A DNA stretch of 50,662 nt from Dehalococcoidales bacterium (GTDB lineage: Bacteria > Chloroflexota > Dehalococcoidia > Dehalococcoidales > CSSed11-197): positions 1 to 50,662 of the forward strand of contig JAQUQL010000002.1 in assembly GCA_028716145.1 (NCBI GenBank), in the 5' to 3' direction. Numbering within the stretch: the stretch's first letter is position 1; every line of letters begins with the position of its first letter. A program made the position numbers and the translations under genes. Of this stretch, positions 42,658-50,662 are shown piece after piece. The notes under the pieces were generated by a model, which ran no database searches, was not told the origin of the DNA, and saw nothing but the letters and a program-made list of their open reading frames with translations.

Positions 42658-43848
42658 TTACCTTAATTTTGTTTTAAACGGATGCTTATCATCCTTCCAG
42701 GAACCCAATCTGGACAAACCCTTGATAAGAAGAGCGTCATGTATAGTCAGTGAGAACCGTACGTAGCCTTCGCCGTATTTGCCATACCCGGTGCCGGGTG
42801 TTACTGCTACCGAACACTGATCAAGCAGGCTGCTGGTAAATTCCACCGATGTATAGCCCTGTGGGACCTTCGCCCAGATATACAGCCCTCCTTCGGGGGG
42901 AGTTACTTCCAGGCCGATATCCGAAAGTACTTCGCAAATCAGATCGCGCCGTTTTTTATAGACTTCCATAGTGGTTTTGATCGTTTCTGGTGAGCTTTGA
43001 AGAGCAGTAATGGCTGCCTTTTGAATTGCCTGGGGAATCCCGGAATCAAGATTGGATTTCAGCGTAGTAAGAGCTTTAACCAATTCACTGTTGCCAACTG
43101 CCATACCGATCCGCCAGCCAGTCATGTTGTAGGTTTTTGAAAGTGAGTGAAACTCGATAGATATCTCTTTAGCCCTGTTGGCTTCAAGGAGGCTGTGCGG
43201 ACGGTTATTAGAGAAATAAACTTCGGAATACGGGTTGTCATGGCAAATAATGATGTCGTTTTGTATAGCGAAGTCTACTGCACGGTTAAAAAAATCGAGC
43301 CCGGCGGTTGCGCCAGTGGGATTGTTGGGATAATTGAGCCACATTACCCTCGCTTTTTTTACTATATCATCAGGGATAGAATCGAAGTCTGGAAGAAACT
43401 GGTTTTTTTCCAGCAGTGGCATATAATACGGTTTGCCTCCGGCCAGAGTTGTGCCTATAGCGTAAACCGGATAAGCCGGATCCGGCACCAGAGCAACATC
43501 TTCTGCATCGATCAGGCAGAAAGCGATGTGGCCAATACCCTCTTTGGAACCGATTAGAGGCACAACCTCGTTTTCGCTATCCAGTTTCACGCCGAAGCGC
43601 TCGCTGTACCAGCGGGTAATCGCCTGGCGTAACTCCGGCAAACCGGAAGTTTCCGGATAGCGGTGGTTTTGAGTCTCCTGAGAGGCCTGACAAAGGCTTT
43701 CTATTACAGGAGATGGAGTTGGCATATCCGGATCGCCAATAGCAAAACTGATTACTTCTTCACCGGCAGCCCTTTTTTGGGCTATTTTCCGGTTAATTTC
43801 TACAAATAAATACGGAGGAAGGCTGGAAAGACGTTTGGATAATTTCAT
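42658..43848 (-). CDS. dapL: Class I/II PLP aminotransferase, probable LL-diaminopimelate aminotransferase
   Basis: 396 aa. PPYLFVEINRK, NYPNNPTG, SLSKTYNMTGWRIG. Adjacent to dapF. Confidence 0.65.
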   Translation of the reverse strand: MKLSKRLSSLPPYLFVEINRKIAQKRAAGEEVISFAIGDPDMPTPSPVIESLCQASQETQNHRYPETSGLPELRQAITRWYSERFGVKLDSENEVVPLIGSKEGIGHIAFCLIDAEDVALVPDPAYPVYAIGTTLAGGKPYYMPLLEKNQFLPDFDSIPDDIVKKARVMWLNYPNNPTGATAGLDFFNRAVDFAIQNDIIICHDNPYSEVYFSNNRPHSLLEANRAKEISIEFHSLSKTYNMTGWRIGMAVGNSELVKALTTLKSNLDSGIPQAIQKAAITALQSSPETIKTTMEVYKKRRDLICEVLSDIGLEVTPPEGGLYIWAKVPQGYTSVEFTSSLLDQCSVAVTPGTGYGKYGEGYVRFSLTIHDALLIKGLSRLGSWKDDKHPFKTKLR

Positions 43849-43872
43849 TAAATATAACCTCTAAAAATTCAA

Positions 43873-44745
43873 TTAAAAAGTAGTATTTGGCAATTCCCCG
43901 TGAAAAACAGTTACGGCTTTGCCTTTAAGTTGTACCTCTCCCGGCTGGTTCCAGTTGACTTCAAGCTTGCCTCCGGGAAGGCTTACGGTTACCGGATTGT
44001 CGACAAGGCCAAGAAGCTGGGCGGAGACACCGATAGCACATGCCCCGGACCCGCAAGCCAGTGTTTCCCCGGCTCCCCTTTCCCATACACGTGCTTCTAC
44101 AATGTTGCGGTTAATAATACGAACAACTTCAAAATTTGTTTTACGTGGGAACACAGCCGAGTGTTCAACCCGGGGTCCGATGCGGTGTAGCGGAAATCCG
44201 CTGACCGGCTGGGTGATAAAACAGACTGCATGAGGATTTCCCATTGATACCAGAGCAAGGCTGAGTTTGTACTCATCTATTATAAGATTAAAATTAAGGT
44301 ATGCTTTTATGCCAACTACTTCTTCAGTTCTGCTTTCGCCCGGATCAAAGGGAATGGAGTCAGCATCAAAGGAGGGTTTGCCCATACCGGCTTCTATGGT
44401 TGTGCCAATGATATCGCTTTCAATGATGCGAGCCTGGCGTGTTCCTGCTATGGTGGCAATACTTATGGTTTTACCTCTGGCAATGCCTTTATCAAAACAG
44501 TATTTCACCAGGCATCGCAGTCCGTTGCCGCAGGCTTCAGCTTCTGAGCCGTCCGGGTTGTACATCCTCATACCTGCATCCGCATCGGTGGCGGAGGTAA
44601 TAACCATCACTCCGTCAGAGCCTATGCCAAAGTGGCGGTCGCAAGCGAAACGGGCGAACGCCGGATAATCTTTTATGATACCGTTGTCTTCTACCACAAC
44701 GAAATCATTGCCGGCGCTTTGCATTTTGGTAAAAGATATGCTCAT
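43873..44745 (-). CDS. dapF: Diaminopimelate epimerase
   Basis: 290 aa. SAGNDFVVV, EACGNGLRC, ACGSGACA. Confidence 0.92.
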   Translation of the reverse strand: MSISFTKMQSAGNDFVVVEDNGIIKDYPAFARFACDRHFGIGSDGVMVITSATDADAGMRMYNPDGSEAEACGNGLRCLVKYCFDKGIARGKTISIATIAGTRQARIIESDIIGTTIEAGMGKPSFDADSIPFDPGESRTEEVVGIKAYLNFNLIIDEYKLSLALVSMGNPHAVCFITQPVSGFPLHRIGPRVEHSAVFPRKTNFEVVRIINRNIVEARVWERGAGETLACGSGACAIGVSAQLLGLVDNPVTVSLPGGKLEVNWNQPGEVQLKGKAVTVFHGELPNTTF

Positions 44746-45656
44746 GAGTTACAAATGAATCCTTTCACCGTAGCTGTTATTGTATCCTGGTATTCAGGTT
44801 CTGTTATATCAAACCATTTTATTCTTGTGTCTTGCAAGCTGAACCAGTTGTATTGCATCCTCACCAGGCGGTGACTTTCGTTTTTAATACTGCTTACAGC
44901 ATCTGCAAGGCTTAAATTATCTTGCAGGTAGCTGATGATTTGCCGATACCCAATCCCGCTCATGGAGGGCAAATCTGGAGCATACCCCATTTCTAAAAGG
45001 GATTTCACTTCTTCTATCAAACCATTTTCAATCATTTGTTCTACCCTGGTATCAATCAATCCATATAAAAAACTTCTGGGAGCGGTAAGCCCTATTATTA
45101 AAGAGTTGTACCTGGGCTGTTTTTTTGGTTTGGTAAAAACCGTTCCTGTTAATGCGATTTCAAGCGCTCGTATAACCCTTCGAGTGTTACGGTAATCGAT
45201 CCGGGCAGCTGCTTTCGGGTTTAATTCTTCCAGTTCATTATACAAGGCCTGTCCTTCGCCGCTGGCAGCTCTAGCTTCCAGCTTTTTACGCAGCTGGATA
45301 TCTGGTTCTACTCTGGGTATCTCCCATCCTTCCAGTATCGCCCATGCGTACTGGCCTGTTCCACCTGCCAGAAGCGGTATTTTGCCCTTCAAGCTGATTT
45401 CTTCAATCTTTTCGTGGGCAATATCGATGAAATCTGCCAGACTGAAGACTTCATCTGGGTCGGCAGCATCTATCGCGTAGTGGGGCACTGTTTCTTGTTC
45501 ATGTGGGGTGGGTTTGGCAGTCCCGATATCCATAAAACGATAAACCTGCCTGGAATCGGCACTTATTATCTCGCCGCCAAACTGTTCGGCAATCCGGAGG
45601 GCTGTGCCACTTTTACCAACTCCGGTCGGCCCGATTATGGCAACCAGCTTTTCCAT
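44742..45656 (-). CDS. miaA: tRNA dimethylallyltransferase
   Basis: 304 aa. GPTGVGKS, DSRQVYRFMDIGTAKP. 4-nt ATGA overlap with dapF. Confidence 0.92.
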   Translation of the reverse strand: MEKLVAIIGPTGVGKSGTALRIAEQFGGEIISADSRQVYRFMDIGTAKPTPHEQETVPHYAIDAADPDEVFSLADFIDIAHEKIEEISLKGKIPLLAGGTGQYAWAILEGWEIPRVEPDIQLRKKLEARAASGEGQALYNELEELNPKAAARIDYRNTRRVIRALEIALTGTVFTKPKKQPRYNSLIIGLTAPRSFLYGLIDTRVEQMIENGLIEEVKSLLEMGYAPDLPSMSGIGYRQIISYLQDNLSLADAVSSIKNESHRLVRMQYNWFSLQDTRIKWFDITEPEYQDTITATVKGFICNS

Positions 45657-45666
45657 AGATTAAGGA

Positions 45667-46428
45667 CTAGCCGCCAGCCCGTTCGGCCTGTTTAACTATG
45701 CTTATAAATTGTTCAGCTTTAAGGCTGGCCCCTCCCACAAGTGCGCCATCGATCGTTTCGCTGGCAAGGTAATCACTGGCGTTTTGGCTGTTTACACTCC
45801 CGCCGTAAAGAAGCCTGATATTAGCAGCCGTGGCTTGGCCGTATATGTCAGACACAATAGTCCGGATGGCATCCATCATCAAGCAGACATCACTGACTTC
45901 GGCGTTTATACCAGAGCCGATAGCCCAGATAGGCTCATAGGCTATCACCAGCGAGCCGATATCACGTATATCCCCAAGTGAAGATTTCAGCTGGGAAGTT
46001 ATGGTCTCCCTGGCAACCCCGGCTTGACGGTGTTTAAGTGTCTCGCCAAGGCATAGTATTGGAATTATACCGGCCTGTAAAGCCTGTTTTAGCTTCTGGT
46101 TGATTATTTCATTGCTTTCTGCGAAAAGTTGACGCCGCTCGGAGTGGCCGATAATAACATATTTGCATAACGGTTTTAGCATTGTGGCCGAAACCTCGCC
46201 GGTGAAAGCGCCTTTTTCTTCGAAGTACATATTTTGAGCGCCAAGATACACGCAGCTTGAGGCAAGGAGGTCATAAACCGGCGCCAGAGAAACAAACGGC
46301 GGGCAGATAGCCACTTCAACAGAAGTTATTTTTTCAAGCTCAGGAAGCATTTCTTTAACCAGAGCAATGGCCTGGCTGGTGGTAGTGTTCATTTTCCAGT
46401 TTCCGGCTATTAAAGGTTTTCTTTTCAT
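45667..46428 (-). CDS. tpiA: Triosephosphate isomerase
   Basis: MKRKPLIAGNWKMN, IGHSERR, YEPIWAIGSG. I prefer the ATG at 46428 over the ORF-track 46449, which overlaps apgM. Confidence 0.92.
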   Translation of the reverse strand: MKRKPLIAGNWKMNTTTSQAIALVKEMLPELEKITSVEVAICPPFVSLAPVYDLLASSCVYLGAQNMYFEEKGAFTGEVSATMLKPLCKYVIIGHSERRQLFAESNEIINQKLKQALQAGIIPILCLGETLKHRQAGVARETITSQLKSSLGDIRDIGSLVIAYEPIWAIGSGINAEVSDVCLMMDAIRTIVSDIYGQATAANIRLLYGGSVNSQNASDYLASETIDGALVGGASLKAEQFISIVKQAERAGG

Positions 46429-46438
46429 TGTTAGCAAC

Positions 46439-47590
46439 CTATGCTCCATATTTTCCCAGTTTTTGTGCGTTTGCCATTGCCAGCGGCATTATGCTGGTGG
46501 CTGGGATTGTTCCCAGCCCGCCTGACAGGCACGAAGTTTCTGAAAAAGACAATGTGTTGTCAGGACGGCAGTATGACGAATGAAGTAAAAGGGGTACCGG
46601 GTGCCAGCTATGCCCTCCGATAACAGCGGGAGTTGAATGGTCACCGGCGATTACGAGTACATCCGGCTTAAGCGCCAATATACGGGGTATGAAGCGATCA
46701 ACTTCTTCGATAACGCTGACCTTGCGCTCAAAATCTGCGTCTTCTCCGGCAGAATCAGCCCCCTTTACGTGCAGGAAGAAAAAGTCATGTCCACCGAAGG
46801 CATTTTCAAGCGTTGTGATTTCTTCTCCCAGGCTTAATCCGGTTGGCAGTACTTCCATACCCACCAGGCGGGCGAGCCCGCGGTACATCGGGTATGCAGC
46901 TATGGCTACCGGATTTAACTGGTATATCGATTGCATCGAAGGAATACTTGGTATAGATGAAAACCCTCTCAGTAGAATCATGTTAGCGGGGGTTTTATCA
47001 GCAAGCACCCCAGATGCTTTTTCAATGAATCGGTTTATCGCCACGGATGTTTTTTCAGCCTGTGGGCAGTCAGCAACAGCGCTTAGTGGGGCAACTCCTG
47101 TCTGCTGGGGATCTGTATCTTTGACCTGATCACTTAAAGAGATGCTGGAACGCATGAGCACCACCAGTCGGTGTTCCCGGACCGGGCGTACGACAAACTC
47201 TACCCCCTCAAATGTCTGTCCGTCCAGCAATCGGCATAAATCGGCAGCTTGCTGGCTATCGATGCGGCCGGCTCGCCGGTCGGTTATCAGACCATGCTTG
47301 TCGACGGTGCAAAAATTGCCTCTGGCAGCTACATCACCATGGCAGACTTCCATATCTATCCCGACAGCCTCAAGTACTCCCCTGCCAATAAGGTATGACA
47401 GTGGATCATAGCCAAATAAACTCAGGTGCCCTGGGGCGCTTCCAGGGGTAATTCCGGGTAAAACTGGCACTGAAAATCCGCAAATGCTTTTCCTGGCGAG
47501 TGCGTCCATGTTAGGAGTATCAGCAGTTTCCAGTTCGGTTCGGCCTGAATCGGAATGTGGAACGCCTCCCAGACCATCAATAACCAGCAT
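46439..47590 (-). CDS. apgM: Cofactor-independent phosphoglycerate mutase, archaeal type (ApgM family)
   Basis: 383 aa from the ATG at 47590. LVIDGLGG, ITDRRAGRI, AGDHSTP. The frame stays open upstream (see finding), so the true N-terminus is uncertain. Confidence 0.8.
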   Translation of the reverse strand: MLVIDGLGGVPHSDSGRTELETADTPNMDALARKSICGFSVPVLPGITPGSAPGHLSLFGYDPLSYLIGRGVLEAVGIDMEVCHGDVAARGNFCTVDKHGLITDRRAGRIDSQQAADLCRLLDGQTFEGVEFVVRPVREHRLVVLMRSSISLSDQVKDTDPQQTGVAPLSAVADCPQAEKTSVAINRFIEKASGVLADKTPANMILLRGFSSIPSIPSMQSIYQLNPVAIAAYPMYRGLARLVGMEVLPTGLSLGEEITTLENAFGGHDFFFLHVKGADSAGEDADFERKVSVIEEVDRFIPRILALKPDVLVIAGDHSTPAVIGGHSWHPVPLLLHSSYCRPDNTLSFSETSCLSGGLGTIPATSIMPLAMANAQKLGKYGA

Positions 47591-47670
47591 GACTATTTTC
47601 TTATCATTTCTGAATGAAAGGGAGCTTATTAATTCTATCTGGTTATAGTTATGTAAAATGTTGCACCTCT

Positions 47671-48891
47671 TTAGTCTCGAATATATTCTGCGGTTTCTCT
47701 TTCCTTCTCTTTATCCATCAATATTGCAACTCCAGGCAGCGGTTCCCCGCTTAAAAATTCAAGCGAAGCACCTCCACCGGTGGAGACGAAGGTCATTTTT
47801 TCAGCAAGTTTCATTTCAGTCATGATTTCAGCGGTAGATCCTCCGCCAACAATGGTGGTAGCCAACAGGTTTGACATGACTCTGGCGATAGTACGAGTCC
47901 CTTCAGAGTAAAGCGAAATTTCATAAATACCCATCGGCCCATTCCAGAAAACGGTGCGGCATTTTTCGAGGACGCCAGTGAACTTGGTAATCGTGAGTGT
48001 TCCGATGTCCACAATCATCTTATCCTGTGGTATTTGGGAGATTGCCACGTTTTGAGCTGGTGCCGGGGGGCTAATGGATTCTGCAACCATTACGTCGTCA
48101 GGAAGAACGAGTTTAACTCCATTGCCGGCAACCTTATCGATCAACATTCGCGCAGTTTCCAGAGAGCCATCTATAAGCGATTTCCCAACTTCGTAACCCT
48201 GAGCTTTCAGGAATGTTGCCGCCATTCCACCGCCGACGATTATGAAATTCACTTTATCCATGACGTTTTCCAGCAGTTTAACCTTATCGGTCACCTTGGC
48301 TCCACCAAGAATTACTCCAAAAGGCCGATTGGGCTTCTCCAGGACCAGCCCCAGGGAGTTGATTTCCTTTTCAAGTAACAATCCGGCTACCGATGGCAAA
48401 TATTCGGTGATTCCTACAATTGAAGCATGTTTGCGGTGGGATGTACCGAAAGCGTCATTTACGTAAATATCTCCGAGTTGAGATAGCTGAAAAGCAAATT
48501 GAGGGTTATTTTCTTCTTCATCGGGATAAAACCGTAAGTTTTCAAGCAGCAGAATTTCTGAATTATTAAGGTTATCAGCCATTTCTTCTACTTCCTGGCC
48601 AATACAATCCGGAGCGAATTTAATTTCTTCTCTAAGGATCTGACTCAACCTTTTTGCAACCGGCTCCAGACTGTATTTTGGATTGCGTTTGCCTTTGGGT
48701 CGTCCAAGGTGAGAGCACAGGATTACCCTGGCATTATTGCTGGTCAGATACTCGATTGTCGGCAAGCTTGCCCTGATACGGCTGTCATCAGTAATTTCTC
48801 CCGTCTCTTCATTGATGGGAACATTGAAGTCAACCCTCACCAGTACGCGACGGTTGCAGACGGAAACGTCCCTGACTGTTTTCTTATCCAC
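47671..48891 (-). CDS. pgk: Phosphoglycerate kinase
   Basis: 406 aa, GTG start. RVDFNVP, SHLGRPKG, GGGASLE. Confidence 0.95.
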   Translation of the reverse strand: MDKKTVRDVSVCNRRVLVRVDFNVPINEETGEITDDSRIRASLPTIEYLTSNNARVILCSHLGRPKGKRNPKYSLEPVAKRLSQILREEIKFAPDCIGQEVEEMADNLNNSEILLLENLRFYPDEEENNPQFAFQLSQLGDIYVNDAFGTSHRKHASIVGITEYLPSVAGLLLEKEINSLGLVLEKPNRPFGVILGGAKVTDKVKLLENVMDKVNFIIVGGGMAATFLKAQGYEVGKSLIDGSLETARMLIDKVAGNGVKLVLPDDVMVAESISPPAPAQNVAISQIPQDKMIVDIGTLTITKFTGVLEKCRTVFWNGPMGIYEISLYSEGTRTIARVMSNLLATTIVGGGSTAEIMTEMKLAEKMTFVSTGGGASLEFLSGEPLPGVAILMDKEKERETAEYIRD

Positions 48892-48937
48892 TTTTCACCT
48901 TTCTATAAATATTTCAAAGGAATCATTAAAAACTTTA

Positions 48938-50662
48938 TTATCCCCTGCTGAGTTGAGACTTGTGTCCACCGCACGAGCCGTTCTCAGTAGTGTGTTCAAG
49001 CATCAACCTGGCATTTTTAAAAATACCCTGGCTATCGAGGTCGTAGTTTTTCCTTAAAATATCCTGTGGGCCATGCACTGTAAATTCATCTCTAACCCCG
49101 ATGCTTTTCAGGTTGATGTCAGATAAACCATATTTATGTAAAGTTTGTGCTACCCTGCTGCCAAGTCCGCCGGAGAGAACATTTTCCTCAACGGTCAGTA
49201 TATTTCGGGTACTAAAAGCTATGCGTTGAAGCATCTCCTCGTCAAGTGGTTTGACAAAGAGCATGTTTACTACAGCAGCTTCCTTTCCTTCTTTCAAAAG
49301 GGCTTCGGCGGCGGCAATCGCAGGGTACACTGTAAAACCACTGGCTATAATGGCGATGTCGCTGCCTTCTCTCATCATCTCCGCTTGCCCGATCGGCAAA
49401 TTATGCAAAGGCTCTTCTATGTCAGCCCCATATCCGCAACCTCTTGGATACCTCACCGCCATCGGGGAACCGGCATTGATAGCTGTAAAAAGAAGATGCC
49501 TGAGTTCATTTTCATCCTTGGGGGAAGCAACAGCCATGTTGGGTATCAGGCTCAGGTAGGAAACATCAAGTGTTCCCTGATGAGTTTTACCGTCTTCCCC
49601 TACCAGGCCTGCACGGTCAACGGCGAAAGTAACCGGTAGTTTTTGAATGCAAATATCATGAACCAGCTGATCAAAAGCTCTCTGGAGAAAGGTAGAGTAA
49701 ATAGCGACCACTGGCCTGTATCCCTGTGTTGCCATACCGGCAGCAAAAGTTACCGCATGCTGCTCACAAATACCGACATCTATCACCCTCTCAGGGAACA
49801 CTGCCTGGATTTCAGTGAGGCTGTTTCCTTCCGGCATCGCGGCTGTAATAACTACCACTCGTGGGTCTTTGGTCATGATTTCAAGGCAGGTGTTTGCAAA
49901 TACCTTACTGTAGCTTGGAGCGGGAGTTTTTTTCCCGTTGGAAGGAGGTATTCCATGGAAACAGACTGCGTCGTCCTCAGCAGGTCCGTATCCCTTGCCC
50001 TTGGTGCTTATGACGTGCATTAAAACCGGTTTCCTTGAGTACGAGCGTGCATATTTAAGGGCTTTTTCTATCTCGCCTATGTTGTGTCCGTTAATCGGCC
50101 CAAGATAGGTAAAGCCGAATTCTTCCCATAAACGGGTAGGCATAAGAAGCCCCTTAAGACCATTTTTAAAACGGCGGGCAACCTTCCACCAAAAATTAGA
50201 GAATGGAACAGAGTTTATCAAACGCTGGCCACGCTCCATAGCGCGGTCATAGTTATGAGTAAAACGAACCCGGTCCAGCATTCGGGCTATAGCGCCGACA
50301 GAAGGAGAAATAGACATGCCATTGTCGTTTAATATTACGATTATCTTTGACCCTAATTGGGTGGTATTATTGATAGCTTCAAGCGCCATGCCACCACCAA
50401 TTGAGCCGTCACCAATCACAGCGATTACATGATATTTGTCACCGTTTAAATCTCTGGCCTTGGCCATGCCAAGGGCTGCCGAGATTGAGGTTGATGCATG
50501 ACCGGTACCAAAATGATCATGCGGGCTTTCATCACGGTTGGGGAAACCGGATAGTCCTCCGTATGTTCTTATTGTTTTGAACGCATCTCTACGGCCGGTG
50601 ATTATTTTATGGGCATACGATTGGTGGCCTACATCCCAGATGATTTTGTCTGCAGGGCTTTC
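48938..50662 (-). CDS. dxs: 1-deoxy-D-xylulose-5-phosphate synthase (N-terminus outside the window)
   Basis: The frame is open to the window edge (...DVGHQSYAHKIITGRR...GHASTSISAALGMA...). GDGSIGGGMALEA is the TPP motif. The ORF-track start at 50467 is internal. Confidence 0.92.
   Translation of the reverse strand, partial: ESPADKIIWDVGHQSYAHKIITGRRDAFKTIRTYGGLSGFPNRDESPHDHFGTGHASTSISAALGMAKARDLNGDKYHVIAVIGDGSIGGGMALEAINNTTQLGSKIIVILNDNGMSISPSVGAIARMLDRVRFTHNYDRAMERGQRLINSVPFSNFWWKVARRFKNGLKGLLMPTRLWEEFGFTYLGPINGHNIGEIEKALKYARSYSRKPVLMHVISTKGKGYGPAEDDAVCFHGIPPSNGKKTPAPSYSKVFANTCLEIMTKDPRVVVITAAMPEGNSLTEIQAVFPERVIDVGICEQHAVTFAAGMATQGYRPVVAIYSTFLQRAFDQLVHDICIQKLPVTFAVDRAGLVGEDGKTHQGTLDVSYLSLIPNMAVASPKDENELRHLLFTAINAGSPMAVRYPRGCGYGADIEEPLHNLPIGQAEMMREGSDIAIIASGFTVYPAIAAAEALLKEGKEAAVVNMLFVKPLDEEMLQRIAFSTRNILTVEENVLSGGLGSRVAQTLHKYGLSDINLKSIGVRDEFTVHGPQDILRKNYDLDSQGIFKNARLMLEHTTENGSCGGHKSQLSRG

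Noticed and set aside
48884-48891. A DnaA-box-like TTATCCAC. I considered an origin of replication because rpmH-rnpA-yidC-jag often lies next to oriC/dnaA.
   Set aside because: It is a single copy lying on the pgk start codon. I saw no dnaA gene, no clustered boxes and no AT-rich unwinding element next to the rpmH cluster.

Overview
This is a densely packed, mostly housekeeping chromosomal segment with no rRNA, CRISPR array, transposase or integrase visible. The gene content suggests a Chloroflexota/Dehalococcoidia-like anaerobe, but that is inference only. Gene content in order:
- A partial ECF-S-like membrane protein, a GT87/DUF2029-like membrane glycosyltransferase and an ornithine cyclodeaminase-family enzyme.
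- archease-rtcB followed by an unusual GAF / nuclease-fold-like / HPRT fusion.
- tRNA-Asp and a SAM methyltransferase.
- rpsF-ssb-rpsR, then rpmH-rnpA-yidD-(PQQ beta-propeller lipoprotein)-yidC-jag, then ileS.
- An HtrA protease and a stand-alone trpB2.
- A CaCA exchanger and tRNA-Arg.
- A seven-gene porGDAB + NuoE/NuoF/NuoG-N-like operon.
- tRNA-Pro, a LigD-type 3'-phosphoesterase and an unknown 103-aa protein.
- An 11-gene Mrp/Mbh-type membrane module, then gdhA.
- A Rieske ferredoxin with an FNR-like reductase.
- ftsZ-ftsA, an orphan 230-aa gene, then hflX-dapL-dapF-miaA-tpiA-apgM-pgk-dxs.

The ORF track misses several things that I read directly from the sequence:
1. A T-box leader (promoter, Stem I elements, T-box motif, terminator) upstream of trpB2.
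2. rpmH.
3. A candidate sRNA of about 130 nt with its own promoter, a 5'/3' closing helix and a U8 tail, lying near the rtcB operon.
4. A 24-codon Lys/Pro-rich mini-gene with a perfect consensus promoter, a strong SD and a terminator.
5. A POR gamma subunit whose conserved N-terminus has no canonical start codon.

The best candidates for undescribed biology are the POR-NuoEF(HydBC)-like operon lacking any hydrogenase or FDH catalytic subunit, the archease-RtcB-GAF/HPRT module together with the nearby sRNA, and the redox-module-less Mrp/Mbh-like cluster.
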